Shown here: positions 52,999 to 64,000 of the stretch, one piece after another
Position numbering within the stretch: the first letter of the stretch is position 1
How the letters are laid out: each line of letters starts with the position of its first letter
From: Seison nebaliae
Lineage: Eukaryota
Direction: 5' to 3'
DNA: 64,000 nt
NCBI GenBank assembly: GCA_023231475.1
Contig: JALJEE010003038.1
Span: 1-64,000 of the forward strand
Notes under the pieces: generated by a model
The model's input: the letters and a program-made list of their open reading frames with translations, nothing else
Databases searched by the model: none
What the model was told of the DNA's origin: nothing
Program-made: the position numbers and the translations under genes

Positions 52999-54840
52999 TT
53001 ATTTTTTATCAAAATTTTTTAAGGAAGAAAAATTCCTCTGTGAAGTATAATCGATTAGAGTGGATAATGAATGGAAGAAACTCTTCGTCAGTCCATCATC
53101 GATCTTCTTATTCATATCATCATTAAGAACTTGATGGAATTGTTTATAAGAAGATTGAGTTAATTGGTGAATTCTCTCATTCGTATCAGTGAGGTATTGT
53201 TTCAAGTGGAGTTGATCTCCGATCTCCAATCTAATAATATTCGAGAAATTTTTACATTTCCCAATTAGTTGATAGAAAGTGAGGAATAAATTTAAGTTTT
53301 CTCCAAATTCTTTCACCGAATTCAACAAATCGTCATTCGATTCCAACGATAGGGCACATGATGATTTTAGCATAGCGACGAATAATTGAGAATCAATACA
53401 ATCTTTCGAATATAAATATTGTTGACAAGAACGAATCAATAGAGAACTCATATGACTCTTGTTCGATGTTAAATGAGGAACGATTAATTTCATATTGAAT
53501 TCATTAAAACTTTCATTACTCTTTAATAATTCTTCATCACAAAACAAAGTATAATTCATTTCAGAAATCTTCTTTAACGCATCTGACACGAAAACTACAG
53601 ATTGTGGCGATCGAGTAGACGCGAGTGTTGTACTCGCTCTCGCCAATAAATAATCTCCACACAACAGTGCCAATTTATTTCCGATCGATAAAATATTTGA
53701 TGGAATAATCGGATCATCTAACGATTGGGAATGGCACAAATGTTTCTGTATGAAATAATGAAATAAATCATTTTGTGCAAGTAGAATTGTAGATTTGTGG
53801 GAGAGCATGTCCAACTGACAATCATTAGTGATATCGATCGATAAATGAATTTGATGACTCAATCGGATCATTTCCACCACATCTATTATCATTTTCATAC
53901 GATTGTCATTCTCTGATTTATTCGAAAGTAAATGATGAAGTTGTAACGTTATCAGAGTTCTGATATTTCTTTGTTTCATTTCGGTCGAATGGAAATTATT
54001 CGATAATTTCGATATAGTTGGGAAATGTTGGAATAAATAGAAAGATTTTTCTTGATAATTTTTCAATTTCTTCACATTGTCCGAAATAGATTTTAAAACA
54101 GATTTCGGAGAGAATCCTTCGAATTTATTCTTATTAATTTCCATCCATTTCATTAGATTTCCATTAATATTGAATGATTCTGATGTGGCGGCAGTTAATG
54201 CAACTTTCAATGTTAACAATTGAAGGAAATTTAATTTATTCGTTTTAATTTCATTATTTTCCGTCTCTTGATCGATTTGACGATCTTCTTTAATATAATC
54301 GTCAAATACTCGTTTGGTGATTGAGGAGACATAAGATTCATTTGTTCGATTATTGATGGAATTCTTATTTCCATTATTGATTAATTCCAACGCTTCCATT
54401 GAAAGACGATGAACTACATCGATCAATGGATGATAATTATGAACGTCAATCATCATCATTAATCGATCATTCATATTCATCTTCATCGTCTCACTTTCAT
54501 CTAATAATTTCTTTTGTTCCTTCTGCGCATGTTTCGCCAATGTCTTGTATGATGAAATTATCGTTGAAATTTCATCATTAAAAATATATTTAAAAAGACG
54601 ACTTAATCCCTGTGAATTACCATCAGGTTTCTTAAATAAATCATCCGTTATATGATTGCCATTATCAGAAGAGGAAGAGAATAAATTGAATTTCCTCTTC
54701 TTTTTCTCTTCTTTCTCTGGTAGAATAATTTCATTTAATTCTTTTTCAAAATCATAATGAATTTTCGTTGAATAATTGGAGAATAATAATCTGCTAAACT
54801 TCTGCTGAAGATAAGTTCGATATTTAATTGAATTTAGCAT
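52999..54840 (-). CDS. PDSS2: All-trans-polyprenyl (decaprenyl) diphosphate synthase subunit 2-like, intronless
   Basis: VVEMIRLSHQIH without the first DDxxD, GNKLALLCGDYLLARA and EFGENL. Basic, mitochondrial-type leader MLNSIKYRTYLQQKFSRLLF. Confidence 0.75.
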   Translation of the reverse strand: MLNSIKYRTYLQQKFSRLLFSNYSTKIHYDFEKELNEIILPEKEEKKKRKFNLFSSSSDNGNHITDDLFKKPDGNSQGLSRLFKYIFNDEISTIISSYKTLAKHAQKEQKKLLDESETMKMNMNDRLMMMIDVHNYHPLIDVVHRLSMEALELINNGNKNSINNRTNESYVSSITKRVFDDYIKEDRQIDQETENNEIKTNKLNFLQLLTLKVALTAATSESFNINGNLMKWMEINKNKFEGFSPKSVLKSISDNVKKLKNYQEKSFYLFQHFPTISKLSNNFHSTEMKQRNIRTLITLQLHHLLSNKSENDNRMKMIIDVVEMIRLSHQIHLSIDITNDCQLDMLSHKSTILLAQNDLFHYFIQKHLCHSQSLDDPIIPSNILSIGNKLALLCGDYLLARASTTLASTRSPQSVVFVSDALKKISEMNYTLFCDEELLKSNESFNEFNMKLIVPHLTSNKSHMSSLLIRSCQQYLYSKDCIDSQLFVAMLKSSCALSLESNDDLLNSVKEFGENLNLFLTFYQLIGKCKNFSNIIRLEIGDQLHLKQYLTDTNERIHQLTQSSYKQFHQVLNDDMNKKIDDGLTKSFFHSLSTLIDYTSQRNFSSLKNFDKK

Positions 54841-55052
54841 TTCTTTCAGAGAAGAAACTAAAAATTTAAATTTCAAAATTTTGAATCATCTTCTCAACTT
54901 ATCACTAAACTGAGAGTAAATATCAATTTTCTCTTTCATACTCTCACTTGCTTGTGCCACTCTCTTACTCATCACAATTTGTGTAGTTTCAGAAGAAACT
55001 GATATTGGTAAAGGAATGTTTTTGAAATATCATAAAGTTATAACAAACTAGC

Positions 55053-56577
55053 ATGAATCGATCATTGATGGAAGTTACTTCGTCGTTTGAACGAGAATAT
55101 AAACTCAATTTACGGAAAGTAGGTCATCTTATGAATTATATCCCAATTCCCTTTATCTTTTTCGATGTGTGATGGATAATAAAATTGAAAAAAAAAAGTT
55201 TTAAATTATTTACTTTAAATTAACAATATAATGAATATATGAAATAATTATGTGGTTTCAGAATAATTTTATTTGAAATAATAACAAACTTCATTTTCCC
55301 CACCAATTATTTTTCTCGTTTGGTTTGTTACATTTCCCAAATGCATTTCACTCAATAATTATTAATGACAAATATTAAAGTTGAAGGAATTCCAAGGCGA
55401 GTTTCTTAGGAAGAAAGAAGCATTAGTTGAATACAATGTTCGATTTCCTTGTTTTGATAAAGAAGAAGATTTTTTATTTCGAAATCGATTAAACGAATCA
55501 GCTCACGCATCGATAATAAAAGATTCATTCATTTGTTTCGCATGTACAAAATGTCTCGAATTACATATCTTCTCTTTGGATGAGCAGTACCTATTTAATG
55601 GTTGTGAGAGGTTTTGTGTTCCTTACTATCTATTGAACTATGCAAAATATTCGATATTACTAATGAGCGTATGTCCGTTCGATGATAGGAAACCAGCCAC
55701 TATTGTCGCTTATTCCACTTTCGATTGGACGGAATTATGGAGATCGAATGATTTCATCTTCGCTAAAGGTATGTCTATTCATTATCATTCATCTCAATCA
55801 GACAATATCGTAACGATATGTGACAGTGGGAAGAAATCGTTGACACAATTGGACATTCTTGATGGGAAGACGATTGCTTCATTCGTAATGGCTGATGCAC
55901 CATCGCCCAAAGAATTAAGCGAATATGATAGTGATGATGATGATAACGATGCAAGTTTGTTAGCACCAGTAGGTGGTGAACCATGGTACAATCTCCATTT
56001 ACATACCACTTATTCCGACAATGAACAAGAGAAATTGTTTGACATTTATTTGGTCTCTTTAGAATGGCGTGAAGGTGGATGGCTTTTCTTTACATCTGAA
56101 AATTACCAAAATTTAAAAATGTTAAAATTAAAAATAACCGACGATGTTGGTGATGTTCATTCGTCTACTCACCAAATAACCAATCAGCCTATCCATTGTA
56201 TTTCTTTAAGAAGATTAATTAACAAACCAACTGATCTTAATTATATTCTTTCTATCACAACCGATTTTTGTGAGTTGAGTTTTGAAAATAATAAACACAA
56301 GATCGTCATGTGCAACGTCGTCGCTGAATGTTTGTTAACATTCGATGTAACGATTGAAGAAGAACCAAATAATTATTTGATTGATGTCACTATGAATGGA
56401 ATAGTTCAATTACCATTTCGTCCAAGAAAGTTGTCCAGAATTGAAGCAACAAATAATGATTCAATTTTAATAACGTCAACACAAAATGCCGTGTATTTAT
56501 TGACGTTATCCAATCATGTTGATCATAATGGTAATATCACAACAATATATTCAGAAACTGATTCTGACGATAATTAA
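55053..56577 (+). CDS. Uncharacterised ~420-aa beta-strand-rich protein
   Basis: 398-codon open exon starting right after AG at 55380; candidate first exon from ATG 55053. No family recognised. Confidence 0.55.
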
Positions 56578-56718
56578 ACCGATTTACTGATAAACAGATA
56601 ATTTAACTTAAAAATTATTTAATAATATAATTTAATAAATATAATTTTTATAAATTAAATATCTTTTTCTTACTCTTGTCAACTTCCCAATTCATTTGCC
56701 AACATTTCCCAATAAAAA

Positions 56719-57933
56719 TTATTTACCAATCAATAAATCTTCTTCACATGTCACATGACGACTTAATGTAAATTCAACAGGTAAATGATCACTAATATTC
56801 TTCGCCTGAAATCAATAAATTGGATATTAGTAAAAGAAATTGTTAGATTTAAAAACTGAACATCTTTAAATGACAAATTTAATTCTTTAGTGAAATTATA
56901 TACGTATGCTTGATGATGTAAAACGCTTTCAAAGAAATCTTCTCCAACAAGACCAATACGATCGTGGGCGCACTTTGATGCGAAAACGGTTGTATCTTTG
57001 TCGTCTGGTATTAAATGTACCATCTTCATATTATTATAATGCGCCACTTTGATATTTTTCCATTTAGTGTATTTGATATAGCGACTACATCCCGCATTCC
57101 AATCTCCCATATATGCAATATTGTGGGGTTGATTTGGACTTTCTCTCAATTTACTCTCAGTCGTTAAGTATTGGTGAACGTTGGCCAATGCCAAAGCTTC
57201 GATATCTGCATCTCGGGGCTTCAAATGTAAACCAACTAATGTCATGTTTTGAATTGCTTCAATAGAATGTTAGAAAAGGACTTTGGAGAAAATAAAACAA
57301 AGAAACTATTGGAATTAGATAAACCCAATTTGACCATATACGGAGGACGTTCATAAGTGTCATTGAGATTTGGATAATAATCAACACCGAGAACTTTTAC
57401 ATTAAACTTTTTCCTAGAATAGAGTAGAAATATTTCAAACAGTCACAATTGATGAGAATTTCAAAACCGATAAAATAGTCCTACTCGTTCCGTTTGTCTA
57501 GATCTCCCCAATGCTCGACTGATGAGCATAGCGTAGCTCGTGTTTAAATCCTGTACATGTCTCAAAGTTAGATACATTATTTTCTGAAAATTAGTGTCAT
57601 TCTACAACCTGTTAAGATCGTCTAATACTGCATAGGGAACTGCGATTGGTCCCACAAATTCGAGCACAATCAATATGTCATAACGTTCCATTATCTACCA
57701 GAAAGATCGTCAGATATTTTTGATTATTAATCGATATTCACCTTCAATATTCGTTGTACAACATGAGTTCTTCGGTATTTGGTTTGTCCAAAATTTTGAA
57801 TATTGAATGATCCAATTTTCAAAGTTTCATCAGTTGTGTTACTGAGTTTCGGAATGCTAAATTCGTCACATAATCTTGTTTGAGAATAGTTTAATAAAGT
57901 TGTGATCGATATGATTAATAGAAGAAATTTCAT
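56719..57933 (-). CDS. Secreted deoxyribonuclease I family protein, 6 exons
   Basis: Signal peptide; LKIGSFNIQNFG, ERPPY, HLKP, MGDWNAGC, CAHDRI and ISDHLPVEF. Confidence 0.93.
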
Positions 57934-58189
57934 ACTATTATTACTTGTAAGACTTATGTAACTTCTTCCGAGACGTTCAACATTTTATGGAATTGTAGTA
58001 TTATCATCTGGAACTGTTCTCATAAGCTGAAAAATGTCCATATCAACTGAAAATGACCATCAAATAAAATTGACAAGTTCGTACTTGATAGTTTATACAC
58101 AAATACACATTTCCTTGAATCCCATAATAATAAATATGATAATTAATATGATTTAAATATTTTCATATAAAATTAATCAATATTTATTA

Positions 58190-59160
58190 ATTATTCATTA
58201 TTTATTATCAAAATTCCCTTCAGGATAAATTAGAAACAATATTAAAAAATTCCGGTCCTCACCAATGTTGATCAAGTGATGCAAGTCGATAAGAGTTTCT
58301 TGATTAATTGGAGAAGACGTGATCGGATCGTAAGAAAAAATGAAGTCCTTAAAATAGGGAAGGAGAATATCTCGTGGTAAATCGTAGTACCGATAGAAGC
58401 GTAGTTTCGTAGTATGAGAAAGGATTGAGTGAATGTGGGAAGCATCAGTATAAGTAGTAAAAGAAGTGAGAGGATTCGAAATTGGAATTTTGTCCAGAAG
58501 AGAAAAAATTCGACGTGAAAACAGAATAGGCAGTGGAAGAAAACCGACGGTGCCGAATAGTAAAGAACGATTGCACCTGTGGAAAGAACAGACTATTCTC
58601 CTCATAAGCCGATTGTAGCGCGTGATCAATTGACAGAAATGAATGTTGCGTGCATAGGGAAATAGTTTCTAAAAAGGATAGTGGAAGAACTAAACGCTTA
58701 AAAAGTTGTAGATGTAATTTTAAAGGAACGAACTTCGTCTTGGGAGAGAAAGAGAAAAAAGATCTGCATAATTTGTTTCGAATGTGATCCAAGGCGAAAG
58801 AGGAGATACAACGGAGATCGATGGTTGAACCAAGAAAGATAGTTCAGGATTTAAGTGGAATTGAGGAGAAAGAACGTTTGTCTGTTGATAATGGGCAGCA
58901 TTTGGAGGGATTCATGGAGACTCTCTCTAGGAGAGAAGAAAAGATAATTGTCCATATGACCGTTTCAGATGACGCAGAGAACGGTCTACGATCATGATGT
59001 CATCTGCATAGGCGGAAAACGATTGTTTACTATGTAAAAGTCGCTTGACTCATTTAGATTGCTGAGAACGCCGTCAATGACTAACCCAAAAAGCCAAGTA
59101 CCTAGAATGGTACCTTGACGAACACCAGAATTGGTATTGTGTACCAGTGAAAGTGGGCTT
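58190..59160 (-). mobile_element. 5'-truncated LINE with RT core and 3' end (copy C, diverged)
   Basis: SGVRQGTILG.WLF, SAYADDIM, MNPSKC, IFLG and LQLFKRLVLP; stop and frameshifts; 3' motif at 58216-58230. Confidence 0.9.
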
Positions 59161-59346
59161 TCACCCCAAAAATATTCACAATATAAAGAATATATTGAGC
59201 TGAAGAATTTCTTGGCTTGTTTGTTCTAAACAAACTTAACCGATAAATTTGAAGGATTATATGATAAATTACTAATCAAATTCAACCAATTAGCTTTAGA
59301 GTAACGTGATATTTAAAGAAATATATTTATTAATTCATAATTCTTA

Positions 59347-60945
59347 ATGGGACGATATAATAAGAAACCAGCCAAAACTGGCGAGATGGATGATCGACAA
59401 ACGCTGATGGATGCACTAATCGAAGAAGATACACAATTGGAAATGAAATGTTTAAGTGAAGCGAATTGTTCAATGAAGGATGTTGATTTCAAAAGTGTAA
59501 AACAGAAAATTACTAAAGGAAATCGGAAGAACATGATAAATAAAAACAAGAACAAAGTTCCAATTTTATTTTCGATTTATCTTTTTCAGAAATTGATGAT
59601 TGTTAGAAAGTTACTGATTCCATGAAAATCTTAGAAGCTGCCCGTGCCCAACAAATTAGTGAAGGAGTGGAAAATAATACGCCGATTTCAGAAATGTTTT
59701 TTACTTTCCTTTATTCCATATTCTTTCATTTTTTCTTTATAAAGAGATTTTCCTGAATTCATTAAAGGTGACGAACAAGAAGATAAACGAGATGCAATTG
59801 GTTTTGAAGATAAAGAAATTGTTTTCCAATTCTTATATTTGAATAAATTAAAATTTCCATTTTAGAATATCGATAAAGAGGAAGAAGATATTTTCAAAAA
59901 TTTCCAAATGATGGCATTGCCACCGAACGTTCAATTTGAAAGTCGGGAACTTTATTCGAAATTGATCGAACAGAAAACAACGTCGAAAAGGAATGAATTG
60001 AATAAAGAAATGTTAACGAATTTGAATGGAATGTCGAATAATGAGATAATGAATGAACAAAATGAAATTGTAGATCGAATGCTTCATCCAAAATTAGGCA
60101 AATTAATAATTGAAATGAGACCAATCCTCAAGAAATATCGAAGTGGTCGATTACCAAAATTATTCAAAGTTATTCCATCATTGAAGAATTGGGAAGCTGC
60201 ATTATATATCAGTCAACCGCATAATTGGTCAGCAGCGACAATTTATGCAGCAACCAGATTATTTGTGGCAAATCTCGATAATCAGATGTCTCAACGATTC
60301 TATAATTTCGTCTTACTACCACGAGTTCGAGATGATATTGCTGAATATAAAAAATTAAATCGTCATCTTTTCATGGCGTTGAAACGAGCGATTTTCCGTC
60401 CAGCCGCTTTCTTCAAAGGAATCGTCTTACCATTAGCTCTCGATGGTACGTGTACGTTGAGAGAAGCACTTCTATTATCAGCCATCCTTCAACGTTGTAG
60501 TATTCCCATGTTACATTCAGGGGCGGCAATATTGAGATTGGCAGAAATTGAGAGATATAATGGAGTTTGTTCCATTTTCTTAAAGACATTATTAGACAAG
60601 AAATATTGTTTACCTTATCGCGTAATTGATGCTGTGGTACATCATTTCATTATGTTCGATCGTGCAAATATCGTTGATATGACGACATTGAAAGATGGAA
60701 GATTACCAGTCATTTGGCATCAGACATTTTTGGTATTCGTCCAACGATACAAAAATGATATTAGTGATGAACAACGTAGTATGTTATATAACGTCTGTCG
60801 ACGTCATTTTCATGAACAGATTACTCCAGAAATTCGACGTGAATTACATATCGGTCATCAAAATCGACAAAAGAAAGCAGAAATCGAAATAACAGATAAC
60901 TTCGCTTCCGCTCTCACATTCTCGACGGACGGATGTTTCGAATAA
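59347..60945 (+). CDS. BYSL: Bystin (Enp1), 4 exons
   Basis: KYRSGRLPKLFKVIPSLKNWE, AATRLF, LLPRVRDDIAEYKKLN, LDKKYCLPYRVIDAVV, LPVIWHQ and ITPEIRREL. Confidence 0.97.
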
Positions 60946-61071
60946 AAACTTCTTTCCCTTCATTTTATTTCTTTTATTTGGAAAGATATTCAGTTTTATT
61001 CTCCCATATTGTCTTCTTTTTTTAAACAGAACCATCTTTTCTCCCTCTATTTCCACAATACTCGTTGAAAT

Positions 61072-62099
61072 TATGCCAGAGAATGATAATCAGAAAGTCG
61101 AACTTAAGAACGACGTCTCGCCAAACGTGAAGAGTCTAGCGAAACAATTCGATAGTATATGGAAGAATAATTTTGATAAATATCATCCGGATAATCAGAA
61201 CGCGAAAGATGTAACTGTAGATAATGTTGAAAATTTAATAATTCTATAAATTCTAAAGATATTTTTCTTTTTTTCATAGAATTTGAAGAGGAAAATTATC
61301 ATTCGAGAATTAGATATTGAATTAGTTTAATTTTTTCATTCATTTCAAATTCGTTCAAATTCTTTTCCTCCAGAACAATACAGATTTGCAATGGGTGAAA
61401 GCCATATCTCGGTGCAACTATATCGAAATCAACAAATTAGTTACAACCGATAAAAAATTAATTGCGACGAAAGTTATTCATTAAATTTTTGAGAAGATAT
61501 TTTAAATAGATTTAGGATCCAAAAATTGGTGTTAGTTTCAAATGAATTTTATTTATTCAATCAAATACTTTTTAGTACGTTAGGTTTTATTTAAAAGATT
61601 CATGTGATAAACATATTTTTGTTTATAGACTTGGTTACATTGGACAGCAAAATTTAATGATGTTGCTATATTCAAATTGTTGAATCACCAATTACCAGCA
61701 TATACAAAATCGATTGCATTGGTTGAATGTTTTATTAATGGACAAACTGCGACACATTTAGCAGCTCAGTTTCGTTATAAATCACTTGTGCCATTCTATT
61801 TGAATGAAGAGGAACGAGTGAAACTTGGAAGTAATGATCATGGAGATAGAAGAGATATGTTCAACATACTAACAACTGAATATCCGGAAACGTTAGATAT
61901 TAGAGATTTTTCAGGAAAAACACCGAGACAATTGGAGAAAATGGCATTCAAAGAATATGCAAAAGAAACTCAAACAACATCAGATAGCTGGTCGGTAGGA
62001 GTGAAACATAAGAGAATTGAGGAAAATGAAGGAAGCGACAACGAAAAGGAAACAATCCAAGAGAAGTCGGGAGAAACTGTAAATGTTTCACATTTCTAA
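61072..62099 (+). CDS. SOWAH-like ankyrin repeat protein with 15-nt and 3-nt microexons
   Basis: QWVKA..LIATK|DPKIG|Y|TWLHWTAK..NGQTATHLAA..IRDFSGKTP follows the SOWAH family pattern. Confidence 0.75.
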
Positions 62100-62247
62100 A
62101 TTGTTAGTCAATGAAAATTTTATTTCATATATCAATATCGATTAATTTCCATTCCATTTGCTTGTATAATATTTTATTTTCTGTTTAAAATTTTGTTCAA
62201 TATATACATTATTATTCCTGCACATGAAATTCTTTATAGAAATTTAT

Positions 62248-62654
62248 TTAATAAATAATTAAAATTAAAGAAATTAATATCACTAATATATTGATTGGTA
62301 TTAATATTGTAGTTTGGTTACAGAAGTTTTCATGACAACATTGATTCTTCAGAAATTGTGCCCCATAAAACGATACCAGACAATCGTTTTTGGTTGCACA
62401 TCCTCGATAATTAATAGAGAAGAATCCAACGTGCTACAATTATAATTAAAATTTATTTAAATTTCTATAAATTTCTTAACCAAACACCCGCTTGACTTTA
62501 AGCAGTCAGTTATGTCGGTTTCGTTTAACAAAGGATTACTACATCTGTTTCCATTGCAAGCATAACAAAGAATCTTTTCGTCAGTTTCGCTGGATATTCC
62601 GTTCGAAATATCTAACAATAGTATTAGTGTGGCTGTTATGAATTGTGGATTCAT
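62248..62654 (-). CDS. Ly6/uPAR (three-finger) GPI-anchored protein, 2 exons
   Basis: Signal peptide; LCYAC..C..C..C|..RGC..C..CCHENFCN, followed by a hydrophobic C-terminal tail. Confidence 0.85.
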
Positions 62655-64000
62655 CAATAGCTGTATGTGTTGAATTCCCAGAAAGCATTGGAAGAATGGG
62701 AGAAAGTAACGAGAATTTGGAAGGAAGTAAACTTTTGTATTCGGGTAATAATCGTCCTACGCTTGAATGAAGTTCGATAACATTCTCATAGGAAATTTAG
62801 AGTTGAAGTTTTTTCAATATTTTCAAAATCTTCCTATAAATAACGATCGATCACTCAACCAATTCTCTCTGACGAATACAGAGAGAATATTTGTTACTGC
62901 AGGCAATAAGGTACTACAATAAGGAGAGTTAGAGCTGTTCGACGACAGAATAGAGATTTACAGATAAATCAATGGTCCAATTGAGTTGAATGGTAACTTT
63001 ATATTTCATTGAGAATGTATAATGGCTCCCAGTTGTTAGGAATGATAAAATATCTTCGATAATTCATTCATTAACAAAGAGGAAGTTAATTTAATAATTT
63101 ATTTAAATAAATTATCCAATTCTCTCATTCATTACCATAGAGGAAACATTGTCTGTCAGTAATTGAATGAGTTATATTACAAACTGTAGAATAGTTATGT
63201 CACATGAATTCCATAGTAATTTATCGAGTGTCATATAAATAATTGGGAAGTCGAGGTCATTCATTTTCAAATCTCAACTAAACAACGCGAGTCGCTCCTA
63301 AAATGTTTCTTTCAAGTAAGTTTATTTGCCTTAAAAAACGTATTTCATACCATATCAGTGACACATAGTAAGAAGATCTTTTAAAACCATTTGGATATCT
63401 TTTCTTTTCGATTCAAATTGTTCATTGAACAATAAACATTCTGTTCTATATAAACTAATGGAAAATAAAAGGATGATTAGATTTTTAAATATTTAACTTA
63501 AATCTAAAATTGGCAATAAGTAAAGTTGACTAAAATTAATCAGATTTGACTAAAAGTTAGTGTATTGGGAAGGAAATACGACGTTAAATCGGGAGATCTG
63601 GAAGAATATTGCGACTGCTGCCAAATAGATATTTGACTATAATGATTAAATAACATTGAAGTGGAAATATAATGGGAATTTACTCATAATAATGTGAGAA
63701 TAAATAAGAAGGTTCAACATCTTCTTTGTTGGGATGAATTATAATAGAAAACTAAATGGAAAGAACTTACCAATGTTGCCGGTTAAAAGAGAACACCAAA
63801 TATTTTCTTTTGGATGATCTTTAGCTTTATTTACAGATTTGTTTATGGTACAACACCATGATGATGATGATGATGAATTCTTTTATATCTTCAAAAGAGA
63901 AAACGATAGAACTCATTTAAATGGAGAATATATGTTCACAAATGAAGATGGGCCAAATTGTGCTTCCGAATAATTCTACTGTGAGAAGGTTACTCTGAAA

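Noticed and set aside
63550..64000. Possible minus-strand terminal exons of a gene beyond the window, and an (ATG)n microsatellite at about 63858
   Set aside because: Frames are short and no homology was recognisable.
1..64000. tRNA, rRNA, snRNA or CRISPR arrays
   Set aside because: None recognisable by eye; a covariance-model search would be needed to exclude small RNAs.

Overview
AT-rich eukaryotic (animal) DNA from a compact genome with very short introns (mostly about 40-60 nt). The gene content points to a small invertebrate; a spiralian such as a rotifer relative is only a guess. Spliced models were built by hand for about 17 protein genes: a ZP-domain-like protein, sphingosine-1-phosphate lyase, two signal-peptide-bearing kinase-fold proteins (one pseudokinase), DNAJC27/RabJ, GPR155-like, a furin-site type II membrane precursor, cGMP-dependent protein kinase, a histamine H3-like GPCR, a DEG/ENaC channel, a CNBD protein, PDSS2, DNase I, bystin, a SOWAH-like ankyrin protein, a Ly6 protein and several orphans. 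These are interspersed with decayed LINE, pogo, MULE and integrase remnants. Most notable: (1) nearly all intron donors read GTT rather than GTR(AG); (2) a 3-nt microexon; (3) apparently secreted kinase and pseudokinase; (4) a ~1000-codon exon inside the PKG cGMP-binding domain; (5) a GPCR with a ~1500-aa third intracellular loop; (6) a candidate new Cys-containing peptide precursor. All exon boundaries are manual inferences without transcript data.
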